Below, one piece after another: positions 1 to 10,838 of a stretch of DNA of 47,210 nt. The translations under genes were made by a program, and so were the position numbers. Position 1 is the stretch's first letter. Every line of letters starts with the position of its first letter. The notes beneath the pieces were generated by a model. It did not search any database. It saw only the letters and a list, made by a program, of their open reading frames with translations, and was not told the DNA's origin. The DNA is from Candidatus Hydrothermales bacterium (GTDB lineage: Bacteria > Hydrothermota > Hydrothermia > Hydrothermales > JAJRUZ01), in contig JBCNUW010000003.1 of NCBI GenBank assembly GCA_039630575.1, positions 97,185-144,394 of the forward strand, given 5' to 3'.

Positions 1-1660
<1,660 letters not shown>

Positions 1661-2171
1661 ATGTTTCCTCCCTTTTTATTAATTCCCTTAAACTATTTAT
1701 TTTTGTTCTTTTTGATGTTTCAAATATTAATATTCCTCTTTTAGTTTCTAAAATTTTAAAAATACTATTTATGAGATCTATTTTAATTTTGAAATTATAA
1801 GGTGGGTCAGCAAAAATTATGTCAAAAATTTCTTTATTTTTTCTTAAAAAAGTTAATACATCGCCTTTTATTATTTTTACCTTATCTTCTATATTTAACT
1901 CCTTAACGTTTTTCTTTATAGCTTTTATGCATATAAGGGACTTTTCAACAAAGTAGACAAACCTTGCACCTCTTGAAATAGCTTCTATACCAACGTTGCC
2001 TGATCCTGCAAAAAGATCAAGAAAAAAAGCCTCATTCACAGAATCACCCAATATGTCAAAAAGAGCTTTTTTAAATTTCTCCTGTGTAGGTCTTATAAAG
2101 GATGGTACATAAAGTTTTTTTCCTTTAAGAAATCCTCCTGTTATTCTTACACTTGACATTACAAATTTTAC

Positions 2172-2200
2172 TTGACTTTTTTATTTTATTTCTATAAAAT
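2172..2200 (+). promoter_or_regulatory. sigma70-type promoter giving a probable leaderless mRNA
   Basis: TTGACT (2172-2177), 17 nt, TAAAAT (2195-2200), 6 nt, ATG 2207. Confidence 0.7.
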
Positions 2201-2206
2201 ATTAGT

Positions 2207-3175
2207 ATGGCTAAATATAAATTTTTATTATTTCTTTTACTTTTAATTTTTGGTACTCCCTTTATTTTATTTTTTACCTACTTTCAGGGAAATAACACTA
2301 TTAATGTTGAAAATCTTAAATTTTTTTTGACTAACAATTACGGTAATACTCTCTCAATTTTTACACGTAATCTAGTTGATCCAATTTTACTAAACGAGAA
2401 GCAGACAATTAGTGAAATCATTTCTGACCTAAGCAAAATCGAAGGTATAGTTTATGTTGCTGTAGCAGATAAAGATGGTAACTTAATTGCATCTTCAAAT
2501 ATTGAAGATGAGGGTAAAAAAGTAGGAGAGATTTTTGGTAGAGAAGTTAACATAGATCATAATTCTCAATTAGAAACTAATGATAACTTAGGTATATTTT
2601 ATTTAATTACTCCTGTTAAGTTAAAGACCGGAGACTTGGAAAAAGTTGTAGGAGGCGTGTTAATAGGTTTGAGTTCTCAGTTGATAAGAGATATATTTTT
2701 TGCTGGCAAACTTTCAGATACAATTATAATTCTTTTGTTTATGTTAATTTTATCAGCACTTTTTGTCTTTATGTTAGCGCAGGTTCTTATTTTCAGTCCA
2801 ATTTCTAAAAAAATAAAAAATTATGAATTAAGAGAGAAAAAATATGTAACTTATGAGAATTTAAAGAGAGCAGAGGATGAGATAAAAGTTTCTATATCTA
2901 AACTTGAAGAGAAAAAGAAAAATCTTGAAGTTGAAATAGAAGAAGTTAGCAAAAAGTTAGAAATTAAAAGGAGAGAGATTGAGGAATCAGATTTAGGTAA
3001 AATTGTTAAAGAACTTGAAGAAAGAAAAATTATGCTTGAAAATGAGATAGAACAGTTAAAGAGGGAGGAAGAAGAGGTTAAAGCAAAGTTAGTAAAGGAT
3101 AAGATGGAACAGGAAGAATTAAAAAAGAGGTTAGATGTGATAAGACAAAAGATGAAACAGATAATGGGACCCTAA
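2207..3175 (+). CDS. membrane protein: TM, Cache-like extracytoplasmic domain, TM, long coiled coil
   Basis: Two hydrophobic segments flank 'IVYVAVADKDGNLIASS' (Cache/PAS-like); E/K-rich heptad C-terminus; no kinase domain. Confidence 0.7.
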   Translation: MAKYKFLLFLLLLIFGTPFILFFTYFQGNNTINVENLKFFLTNNYGNTLSIFTRNLVDPILLNEKQTISEIISDLSKIEGIVYVAVADKDGNLIASSNIEDEGKKVGEIFGREVNIDHNSQLETNDNLGIFYLITPVKLKTGDLEKVVGGVLIGLSSQLIRDIFFAGKLSDTIIILLFMLILSALFVFMLAQVLIFSPISKKIKNYELREKKYVTYENLKRAEDEIKVSISKLEEKKKNLEVEIEEVSKKLEIKRREIEESDLGKIVKELEERKIMLENEIEQLKREEEEVKAKLVKDKMEQEELKKRLDVIRQKMKQIMGP

Positions 3176-3915
3176 AATTCTTTTATTAGTTTTTGAAAAT
3201 TTTTTAAAAAGTTTTCTCCAATGTAAAAAGAAAAAAATTGTTTTATAAGATTTTCTAAAAAATCGAAATTATTAATTTTTAAATTTTTGCAATAATTATA
3301 TTTTTCCTTAATAAGAAATTTTAATAAGGAAAGAGTTTTGTTATCTAATTTAATTTTATTCTCATTTTCTAATGAGCAGTTTGAGCAGAAAATTCCTCCT
3401 TCACTTACAACAAAATAGCCTTCATAAATTCTTTTTCTACATCTAATACAATGTTCTAACTCAGGACCAAGACCTACTGTTTTTAAAAGTTTTAATAGAG
3501 AAGAAGTTACAACTGATTTATTTATATCTGAAATTGAGTTTATTTCTCTTAAAAAATTTAAAGTATAATGGTAAAGTGAGGGAAAATTCATGTTTTCTCC
3601 AATGTACTTTTCTACTTTGTCAAGAATATATTCCATGAACATAAATTTTTTATAATCATGTGTAACATTTAAGGGTTTCCATAAAAGTTTTGCTCCTCTC
3701 ATTTTTCCAAATTCGGAAGTTTCTCTTTTATGATAAAGAATCTCAACTAAATTTCCAGGCGATATTATGCCCCTATAGGGGTTAGTAATTCTTTTTATAC
3801 CAAAGGCAATTAGCTTTAAACCTCCACTCTTTTCGGAAAAGAATCTAAAAATTAGTGAGCTTTCTTTAAAACTAATAGTTTTTAATACAATTCCCTTTTC
3901 TTTTTTTATAAATAT
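3172..3915 (-). CDS. recO: DNA repair protein RecO; start probably non-canonical (ATA at 3915 or 3909)
   Basis: Frame stays open upstream of the listed ATG 3702 and reads KKEKGIVLKTISFKESSLIFRFFSEKSGGLKLIAFG (RecO OB-fold N-terminus); C-terminal GLGPELEHCIRC...GGIFCSNC zinc finger. Confidence 0.85.
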   Translation of the reverse strand: MFIKKEKGIVLKTISFKESSLIFRFFSEKSGGLKLIAFGIKRITNPYRGIISPGNLVEILYHKRETSEFGKMRGAKLLWKPLNVTHDYKKFMFMEYILDKVEKYIGENMNFPSLYHYTLNFLREINSISDINKSVVTSSLLKLLKTVGLGPELEHCIRCRKRIYEGYFVVSEGGIFCSNCSLENENKIKLDNKTLSLLKFLIKEKYNYCKNLKINNFDFLENLIKQFFSFYIGENFLKNFQKLIKEF

Positions 3916-3922
3916 TAAGCTT

Positions 3923-5488
3923 TTAATAGTTTTTGACTGTTATTATAAATATTATTCTCCTATCTGGATGTACTCTCTCTGATATATTTTCACTATACTT
4001 AGCTAAAATGTATAACATTTCTCCTTTAAATTTTACTCCCAGATACACTCTACTTCCATTTCCATAAAGAGGTTCTAAGTAAAAAGATGTAGGAGGCTCA
4101 GCTTCATAAACGTATATTCTTTTGCTATAGCTGTTTATATTGTAACTGTAAATTCCAAAAAAGAATATCCCCCTTTTTATTTCAATTCCGCCTAAAACAC
4201 CGGGAGAAGTTAAAAGATAGTTATCCCATTCAAAATACATCTTATTTGAAAGTTCAAAATCTTTTGTATCAAATTTTAATTCATTTTTAAATCTTAATCT
4301 GTGCACGGTTGTTTTTCGATCTCTTAGTTCAAAGGTGAAATTTAACGGTTTATTTAATCTCAGGAAACCCCTTATGTAACTTTCATACCCACCTTCCCTT
4401 TCAGATTTTATGAATAACCTTTCATCTATCCTTAGAATCAATCTCTCTACTTTTCCTTCCCATCTAACTCCGGCTCCTATCTCGTCTTTACCCTCTCTTT
4501 TATAATCAAACTTGGTGTTAAAATATGATATATGAGTACTAGGTAGTGAGTAAAAAAACAGTGAGAGTTTTGAAAAATTGTATATCTTTCTTATGCCAGC
4601 GTAAATATACAGATTATTATTGATAAATCCTGTTTCATAAAAGAAGTAAATCGGGCCATATATTGATCCTGTTAGCGAAATAAAAGGTAAGTTCTTTTTT
4701 AGTTTAATATCCCTTAAAAAACCTAAAAGTGATGTAATCTCAAACCTTTCTATTGGAAATGCTACAAAACTTGTCAAAAATGTATCCTTTTTAAAAGCAA
4801 AGGCTAAATTTGTGTTTCTGTATGTTAAAGCTGCACCTTTTATTCCTACATTCCGTGAATAAGAAATTGTAGGATTTATCCTTTTTAAGTTCGAGGGTAA
4901 ATTGAATAGTTCGTTAGAATAGGCAAAATATTTACCAAATAAAAGTCCCTTACCGAATTCAAAAAGATAATCTCCAAGAATAAAGATTATTCCTTTGTAC
5001 TTAATCTCACCGAAAAATTTATCTATATCTCTATAATTATAATGAGATAAACCGAAATCAAAGATGGAATAAAGCCCCTTTACTTTTCCCTTTATACTTC
5101 TATAAAACTTATTCTCACCGTATTTATCATTATAATAACCCTTTGTTTCCTGGTAAAAATTAAATACAAGGATATTAAACTCAAGGTAATTTTCAAGATA
5201 GTCATATTCAGGTGGTAAATTTAATCTGTTTTTAAAGTCTTCAAAATTAATGTAAAAACCATTTTTTCTTTCCTCTAAGATTTTTTTGGCAAGACCCTTA
5301 GAAACTCCGGGAATATTTAAAATCTCTTCAAATTCAGCTTTGTTTATATTAAGTTTAACAAATTCCTTTTCATATATATCTTCTACAAGAATTTCTTCGC
5401 CTGTTTCCTCTTCTTCCATTTCCTGATTGAAAACTGTGTTAATTAAAAGAAAGATTATTAAAATTCCCTTTTTATAATAAAGTCGCAT
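3923..5488 (-). CDS. exported helix-hairpin-helix (ComEA-like) protein with probable C-terminal beta-barrel
   Basis: LNINKAEFEEILNIPGVSKGLAKKILEER HhH motif; LGDY..EFGKGL and RIYVYE motifs; aromatic amphipathic strands. Confidence 0.7.
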   Translation of the reverse strand: MRLYYKKGILIIFLLINTVFNQEMEEEETGEEILVEDIYEKEFVKLNINKAEFEEILNIPGVSKGLAKKILEERKNGFYINFEDFKNRLNLPPEYDYLENYLEFNILVFNFYQETKGYYNDKYGENKFYRSIKGKVKGLYSIFDFGLSHYNYRDIDKFFGEIKYKGIIFILGDYLFEFGKGLLFGKYFAYSNELFNLPSNLKRINPTISYSRNVGIKGAALTYRNTNLAFAFKKDTFLTSFVAFPIERFEITSLLGFLRDIKLKKNLPFISLTGSIYGPIYFFYETGFINNNLYIYAGIRKIYNFSKLSLFFYSLPSTHISYFNTKFDYKREGKDEIGAGVRWEGKVERLILRIDERLFIKSEREGGYESYIRGFLRLNKPLNFTFELRDRKTTVHRLRFKNELKFDTKDFELSNKMYFEWDNYLLTSPGVLGGIEIKRGIFFFGIYSYNINSYSKRIYVYEAEPPTSFYLEPLYGNGSRVYLGVKFKGEMLYILAKYSENISERVHPDRRIIFIITVKNY

Positions 5489-6333
5489 AGTTCTCTCAAA
5501 AATTTTGTTTTATCATTGAATTCTTCTAAAATTAATTTTGCCTTATTAACATGTTCTTTTGCAATCTCAAGAGATTTTTCAACACCATAGGCTTTTACAT
5601 ATGTCATCTTGTTAATATCTTTTTTAATCTTTTTACCTGTTTTTTCCTTTTCTCCTGTTGCATCGAGAATATCGTCTTTAATTTGAAAAGCCATTCCTAA
5701 TTCAATGCCTGCATCCTTTAACTTTGAAATCATTTCTTTATCAGCATTTCCAAGTATTGCACCTATCTCAAAGCAGGAAGAAAAAAGAAGGGCTGTTTTT
5801 TTAAAATGAATGTTTTTAAGATAATGAGTATTTAGTTCCATGCTTTCGCCCTTTATGTCTAGTACTTCACCTTCTATAACACCTCTTGGTCCAAGTGCTT
5901 TTACTAAAGAATTTAAAGCTAAAAGTACCCTTTCAGTCTTTGCTTTTGAATCTAAAAAAACTTCAATTCCAAGGATGAATAAAGCATCTCCAGCTAAAAT
6001 TGCAATATCTTCACCATAAACCTTGTGAACTGTTGGTACACCTCTCCTTAAATCATCGTTATCAATAGCAGGAAGGTCATCATGTATCAAAGTAAAGGTA
6101 TGCACTATTTCAACTGCACAGGCTGGAGGAATTATTTCCTTGTCATCTTCACCACCACATACTTTATATGTCTCGTATGTTATTATAGGTCTTACCCTTT
6201 TTCCTCCAGCTAATATAAGATGCTGCATTGCTTCTCTTAAAGGTGAACTTACATCTTTTAAGGTAATGTATTTTAATAGGTACTCTTCAATTTTTGCCTT
6301 TCTTTTATTATATTCCTCCAAGAAATTTTTCAT
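5458..6333 (-). CDS. ispA: short-chain polyprenyl (FPP/GGPP) diphosphate synthase
   Basis: GGKRVRP, first Asp-rich motif LIHDDLPAIDNDDLRRG, KT, second motif FQIKDDILD. Confidence 0.9.
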   Translation of the reverse strand: MKNFLEEYNKRKAKIEEYLLKYITLKDVSSPLREAMQHLILAGGKRVRPIITYETYKVCGGEDDKEIIPPACAVEIVHTFTLIHDDLPAIDNDDLRRGVPTVHKVYGEDIAILAGDALFILGIEVFLDSKAKTERVLLALNSLVKALGPRGVIEGEVLDIKGESMELNTHYLKNIHFKKTALLFSSCFEIGAILGNADKEMISKLKDAGIELGMAFQIKDDILDATGEKEKTGKKIKKDINKMTYVKAYGVEKSLEIAKEHVNKAKLILEEFNDKTKFLRELCDFIIKREF

Positions 6334-6337
6334 TTTA

Positions 6338-7819
6338 TCAAACTTTAACTCTAAATCCGAAATTAAATCCCAATGATTTTAAAGGATTTATAGCTTTTTT
6401 ACCTTCTCCTCCTATTTTTTCAAACCCTGAAAGTAAACCCAAAAAAGGAATTGTTCCTCCCCCCAGATATAGTGAAATAAATCTTATATTAAAAGAACTA
6501 CCTATACCAAGTGTTACCGTAGGTGGAGTAAAAACTAAAAAATCCTCATATCTTAAGTATCTCCAGAAAAGTACTGAGCCAAAATTAAAGTTCAGTGGAC
6601 CCATTCCAAATCCAGAGGCAAACATTAAGTAGATTCTTCCAAACGCATAACTTGATTGAGGGAAATCTATGTATCCTGCAACATTTATATTAGCAATAAA
6701 ACTTAAATTTAATCCAGCACCAAGTCCAATTAATTTAGGAAATTTTAAATCTTTTTTTAGAATTTCATGTTTTCTCTCAGAATAATAAAACTTTATTGAA
6801 TCAGCCGCAACTGTCCCTGATATAGTTCTATTTACACTATCTACAACTATCTTGCTTGTATCTATCAAGAAACGGTCTATCCCATCTATATAATAATAAG
6901 TTCCCACAATACTCCCAGAGAGAGTAAAAGGTATGTTATAGTTAAGGGCACAACCAAAGGTAATAAATGGTAATTTTATTTTTGTTCCTAAAACTAATCC
7001 CAATTGATTTCCAGAAAATTCTCCATTAATTTGATCACCAAAAAATTTTCCTTTAAAGGGTCCACTTAAATTTATATTAACATCCCATAAGTTACCTAGG
7101 TTATCAGAAACTGTAGTATCAACTTTCAGAGATAAATTTTGAAAGTCTCCTATAATATCATAGAAAAGATTAGTTTTACCTTTAAATCTTTTAAAGTTTA
7201 ATCCAGCACCAACTGCTATGTTACCAAATCCAAAAGAACTTCCTATTGAAAATGGGTAAACTTTAAAGCTCATATCTCCTTTACCCTTAAGATTAAGGTT
7301 TCCTTCGCCTATTATGTTTAGTGGAAAAGGAATTTTGACTCTATTTGGAATTTTAGGATGATCTTCTTTTGAAAAAATATCATGTGAATAAATATCAAGG
7401 GATATATTTTCAGTGTAAACAATATCAAAATCAGAACCGAAAAATTCTTCATTATGATAGGATATTCCGAAGTCAAATATTCCAATTTTAAATTTTGTGC
7501 CTGTGAAATCAAAACCACCTTTATTAACTATTTGCATTTTAAAAGGAACGTAAATTTTTGGAATTGAAGTTCCACCGATAGAATCTATTCCGAAAGGTAA
7601 TTTTAAGTTTAATTCATTTTTAAAACCGCTACTTACGAATAGAGAAAATTCATATTTTGCTCCAAAATGTAAGCAGGCAGGGTTTAAGTTGGAGCCAATT
7701 GTACCTTCAGCTTGTGAGACATCTAAAAATCCCCTGTGTAAGAAGTAAAGATTACTTAGGGTGTTTTTAAAGTGAAAGTTTAAAGAGCTTTGAGATATAA
7801 AAAATAGAAAGAAAAGCAT
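6338..7819 (-). CDS. hypothetical outer-membrane beta-barrel-like protein
   Basis: The listed ORF extends into tRNA-Ser, so the likely start is ATG 7819 (MLFFLFFISQ); G/F-rich alternating strands, NPA motif near N-terminus, ends LGFNFGFRVKV. Confidence 0.6.
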   Translation of the reverse strand: MLFFLFFISQSSLNFHFKNTLSNLYFLHRGFLDVSQAEGTIGSNLNPACLHFGAKYEFSLFVSSGFKNELNLKLPFGIDSIGGTSIPKIYVPFKMQIVNKGGFDFTGTKFKIGIFDFGISYHNEEFFGSDFDIVYTENISLDIYSHDIFSKEDHPKIPNRVKIPFPLNIIGEGNLNLKGKGDMSFKVYPFSIGSSFGFGNIAVGAGLNFKRFKGKTNLFYDIIGDFQNLSLKVDTTVSDNLGNLWDVNINLSGPFKGKFFGDQINGEFSGNQLGLVLGTKIKLPFITFGCALNYNIPFTLSGSIVGTYYYIDGIDRFLIDTSKIVVDSVNRTISGTVAADSIKFYYSERKHEILKKDLKFPKLIGLGAGLNLSFIANINVAGYIDFPQSSYAFGRIYLMFASGFGMGPLNFNFGSVLFWRYLRYEDFLVFTPPTVTLGIGSSFNIRFISLYLGGGTIPFLGLLSGFEKIGGEGKKAINPLKSLGFNFGFRVKV

Positions 7820-7830
7820 TTTAGCAAAAA

Positions 7831-7922
7831 CGGAGAGGGCGGGATTTGAACCCGCGAGACCCCTTTTGAGGGTCTGCACGATTTCCAGTCGTGCCCCTTC
7901 GACCAGGCTCGGGCACCTCTCC
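7831..7922 (-). tRNA. tRNA-Ser(GGA), long variable arm, CCA not encoded
   Basis: Acceptor GGAGAGG/CCTCTCC+G; anticodon arm CACGA-CTGGAAA-TCGTG; T arm GCGGG-TTCAAAT-CCCGC. Confidence 0.97.
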
Positions 7923-7956
7923 CTTTTATAAGATTAATATAAATTTTTTAATTAAT

Positions 7957-8733
7957 TCAAATATACAGAAAATTTTTCTTTTCCTTAGCTTTATAAAGTT
8001 TTTGATCTAAAGTTTTAAGTACACTTTTAATATCTCTCATCTCTTCCCAGGTAAAAAGACCTCCTCCTATACTTAATGTTATTTTTACTTTTTCCTTATC
8101 TACTTTAATTTCTTTTTTCTCAAAATTTTTTCTTAGGTCGTTCATAATTTTTTTTGCTTTTTCAAAGGGTTCATCAAACAAAACAATAAATTCATCTCCA
8201 CCATACCTAAAAATAATATTTTTTGATTCTTTTAAAAAAAATCTAATTTCATTTGAAAATTCTTTAAGAAAATGATCTCCCTCCAAATGTCCAAATCTAT
8301 CATTTATCTTCTTAAAGTTGTCAATGTCAATCATAAATGAAGGTATTTTATCGTTTTTAAAAGTACTTAATAGATCTTTAAAATGCTCCTCAAGGTATAA
8401 AAGGTTATAAAAATTTGTTAGAGGGTCTTTAAAAGCTAATTCTCTTAACTCATAATTTTTAATTGAAATTTCGTCAAAAAGTATAACTGTAAGTTCTTCA
8501 ATTCCCTGAAATATACCCTTAAATCTCCTTATATTATTGGGGAGTTTTTTGTTATTAATAATATAAGCAAATAATTTGTAGAGTTCTTTTTTATAAAAGA
8601 AATCAACAAAAAAGATGTAAAGCATTACAAGAGAATAAAGTAATAAAACTATAATAAATAATTTGTGATTTTTAGCTGCAAAGAGTAGAATAGAAAACCC
8701 AAATACAAAGATAATTCTATTATATAGATTCAT
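7957..8733 (-). CDS. membrane-anchored diguanylate cyclase (GGDEF)
   Basis: Two N-terminal TMs, DPLT..YN, IDIDNFKKINDRFGHLEGD, RYGGDEF; no RxxD I-site. Confidence 0.92.
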   Translation of the reverse strand: MNLYNRIIFVFGFSILLFAAKNHKLFIIVLLLYSLVMLYIFFVDFFYKKELYKLFAYIINNKKLPNNIRRFKGIFQGIEELTVILFDEISIKNYELRELAFKDPLTNFYNLLYLEEHFKDLLSTFKNDKIPSFMIDIDNFKKINDRFGHLEGDHFLKEFSNEIRFFLKESKNIIFRYGGDEFIVLFDEPFEKAKKIMNDLRKNFEKKEIKVDKEKVKITLSIGGGLFTWEEMRDIKSVLKTLDQKLYKAKEKKNFLYI

Positions 8734-8769
8734 TTATTAAGTATAATTATTTTTCTTATAATTTTCCAT
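8734..8769. promoter_or_regulatory. 36-bp divergent region with two back-to-back -10 boxes, both probably leaderless
   Basis: Minus strand: TATACT (8745-8740), 6 nt, ATG 8733. Plus strand: TATAAT (8757-8762), 7 nt, ATG 8770. No SD on either side. Confidence 0.6.
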
Positions 8770-9561
8770 ATGGAATTTATAGGAGAAATTCTAATTTTTT
8801 TTTCTGGTGGAAATAAAATAATTCTTGCCTTTATTGGTGGAGTAATAATTTCCTTTTTAAATTTGATTGGTGCTTCACTTATTTTTTTTATTCGCAAACC
8901 TTCTGATAGGTTGATGGATACCTTACTTGGCTTTGCTGCGGGTGTAATGTTAGCTGCAAGTTTTACTAGTTTAATAATCCCAGCAATAAATTATAACGGT
9001 ATCTTACCTGTGATTATAGGAATTATACTTGGTGCATTAGTTTTAGATTTAGGTGATCATGTTATACCGCATATTCATAAGGTGATTGGTGAAGAGGGTA
9101 TAAAAAGAAAAAGACTAAGGGGTGTTTGGCTTTTAATATTTGCTATTACAATTCACAATATGCCTGAAGGTCTTGCTGTTGGAGTTGGTTTTGGTTCAGG
9201 TAACATGAAAGATGCTATTATCCTTATGCTTGCTATAGGTATTCAAAATATACCTGAGGGTTTTTCAGTTTCAGTATCTGCTCTTGAAGCAGGCTACGGA
9301 AAGAAATTTTATTCAATGTTTGTAGGTCTAAGATCTGGTTTGGTTGAAATTCCATTAGCAGTTTTTGGTGCTTGGTTTGCATCAATAAGTGAATCTATTC
9401 TGCCTTATACAATGGGATTTGCTGCTGGTGCAATGCTTTATGTTATAAGTGATGAAATTGTTCCAGAAACCCATAGAAAGGGGCATGAGAGGTTTGCAAC
9501 TTTTGGGACTATAATTGGTCTTATTTTGATGCTTTACTTAGATGTTGCTATTACAAGCTAA
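8770..9561 (+). CDS. ZIP (GufA/ZupT) family metal transporter
   Basis: GFAAGVMLAASF, AITIHNMPEGLAVGV, IGIQNIPEG, VISDEIVPE. Confidence 0.93.
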   Translation: MEFIGEILIFFSGGNKIILAFIGGVIISFLNLIGASLIFFIRKPSDRLMDTLLGFAAGVMLAASFTSLIIPAINYNGILPVIIGIILGALVLDLGDHVIPHIHKVIGEEGIKRKRLRGVWLLIFAITIHNMPEGLAVGVGFGSGNMKDAIILMLAIGIQNIPEGFSVSVSALEAGYGKKFYSMFVGLRSGLVEIPLAVFGAWFASISESILPYTMGFAAGAMLYVISDEIVPETHRKGHERFATFGTIIGLILMLYLDVAITS

Positions 9562-9567
9562 GGTTTT

Positions 9568-10827
9568 ATGAAAATTTTAGATTTGATTCATATATCTTTT
9601 TATGGAATTAAAACACATAAGTTAAGGTCCATTCTTACAACCTTGGGTATTATAATTGGTGTTGGAACGGTCATATCTATGATATCCATAATAGAAGGTA
9701 TTAATGGTTTTGTATACAAACAGTTTGGAACTATTGGTTCTAATGTGATCTACATACAAAAGTATAAATGGAGAGCTGTAATAGGTTCAATGGATCGGAA
9801 TTGGCTAAAAAAGGTTAAAGATTATCCTGATTTTAATGAGGAAGACGTAAAGGAGATTAAAAAGCTCTATTTTGTTGATAACGTTTCTATTTCAATTGAT
9901 CTTTTAAACATATCTAAAGTTGAGTACAAAAATAAAACATTGGAGAATGTAGAGTTAACAGGTGCAACACCTGAAATTTTTGAAATCTTAGGTTATGAAG
10001 TGGAAAGGGGAAGGAAGTTAAATGAAGATGACGAATTTTATAGAAGAAATGTATGTGTAGTAGGCAAATACGTTGTTTCCAATCTATTTGAATATGAAGA
10101 TCCTCTTGATAAGGAAATTAAAATTGGTGATAGAAATTTTCTTATTGTAGGAATTTTGAAAGAGAGGGGAGAAATTTTTGGATATTCTCTTGACAGAATA
10201 ATAATTATACCCTTTTCTAAGGGAAAGGAAATGAAGGGTATTCCTATTTTTGATTGGCAAGAAGTTTTTATAGCACCAGTGATTGAAGTAAAAATAAAGG
10301 ATAATATTGAGATAGAAAAAGGAATTGAAGAACTCAGGAAATTTTTAAGAAAAAGGAGAGCTCTGTTTTTTACAGATGAGGATAATTTTTATTTTAACAC
10401 ACAGGAGTCTCTTTTACAAATCTATAGGTCAATAACAGGTGGGATATTTGCTGCCATGATAGGTATTGCTTCACTTGCTTTGATAGTGGGGGGAATTGGA
10501 ATAATGAATATAATGCTTGTATCAGTATCTGAAAGGACAAAAGAAATTGGAATAAGGATGGCAGTTGGTGCAAGGAGGAGAGATATTTTGTATCAGTTTT
10601 TACTTGAAACTATTCTTTTAACTTCGATTGGTTCTTTTTTAGGTCTTCTCTTAGGTATAGTGATAGGAAAGCTTGTAGATATCTTAACGCCTTTACCATC
10701 AAGAATTCCACTATGGAGTATTTTTATTGCTCTTTTACTTTCTTTTGTAGTTGGACTTTTTTTTGGTATATATCCGGCAACTCAGGCAGCCAAAAAGGAT
10801 CCTATTGAATGTTTAAGATATGAGTAA
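9568..10827 (+). CDS. MacB/FtsX-family ABC permease
   Basis: KLRSILTTLGIIIGV, VGGIGIMNIMLVSVSERTKEIGIRMAVGA, GIYPA..AA..DPIECLRYE. Confidence 0.95.
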   Translation: MKILDLIHISFYGIKTHKLRSILTTLGIIIGVGTVISMISIIEGINGFVYKQFGTIGSNVIYIQKYKWRAVIGSMDRNWLKKVKDYPDFNEEDVKEIKKLYFVDNVSISIDLLNISKVEYKNKTLENVELTGATPEIFEILGYEVERGRKLNEDDEFYRRNVCVVGKYVVSNLFEYEDPLDKEIKIGDRNFLIVGILKERGEIFGYSLDRIIIIPFSKGKEMKGIPIFDWQEVFIAPVIEVKIKDNIEIEKGIEELRKFLRKRRALFFTDEDNFYFNTQESLLQIYRSITGGIFAAMIGIASLALIVGGIGIMNIMLVSVSERTKEIGIRMAVGARRRDILYQFLLETILLTSIGSFLGLLLGIVIGKLVDILTPLPSRIPLWSIFIALLLSFVVGLFFGIYPATQAAKKDPIECLRYE

Positions 10828-10838
10828 AAGGAGGATCT

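Noticed and set aside
7820..7879. N-terminal extension of ORF 6338..7879
   Set aside because: Lies within tRNA-Ser; ATG 7819 is the plausible start.
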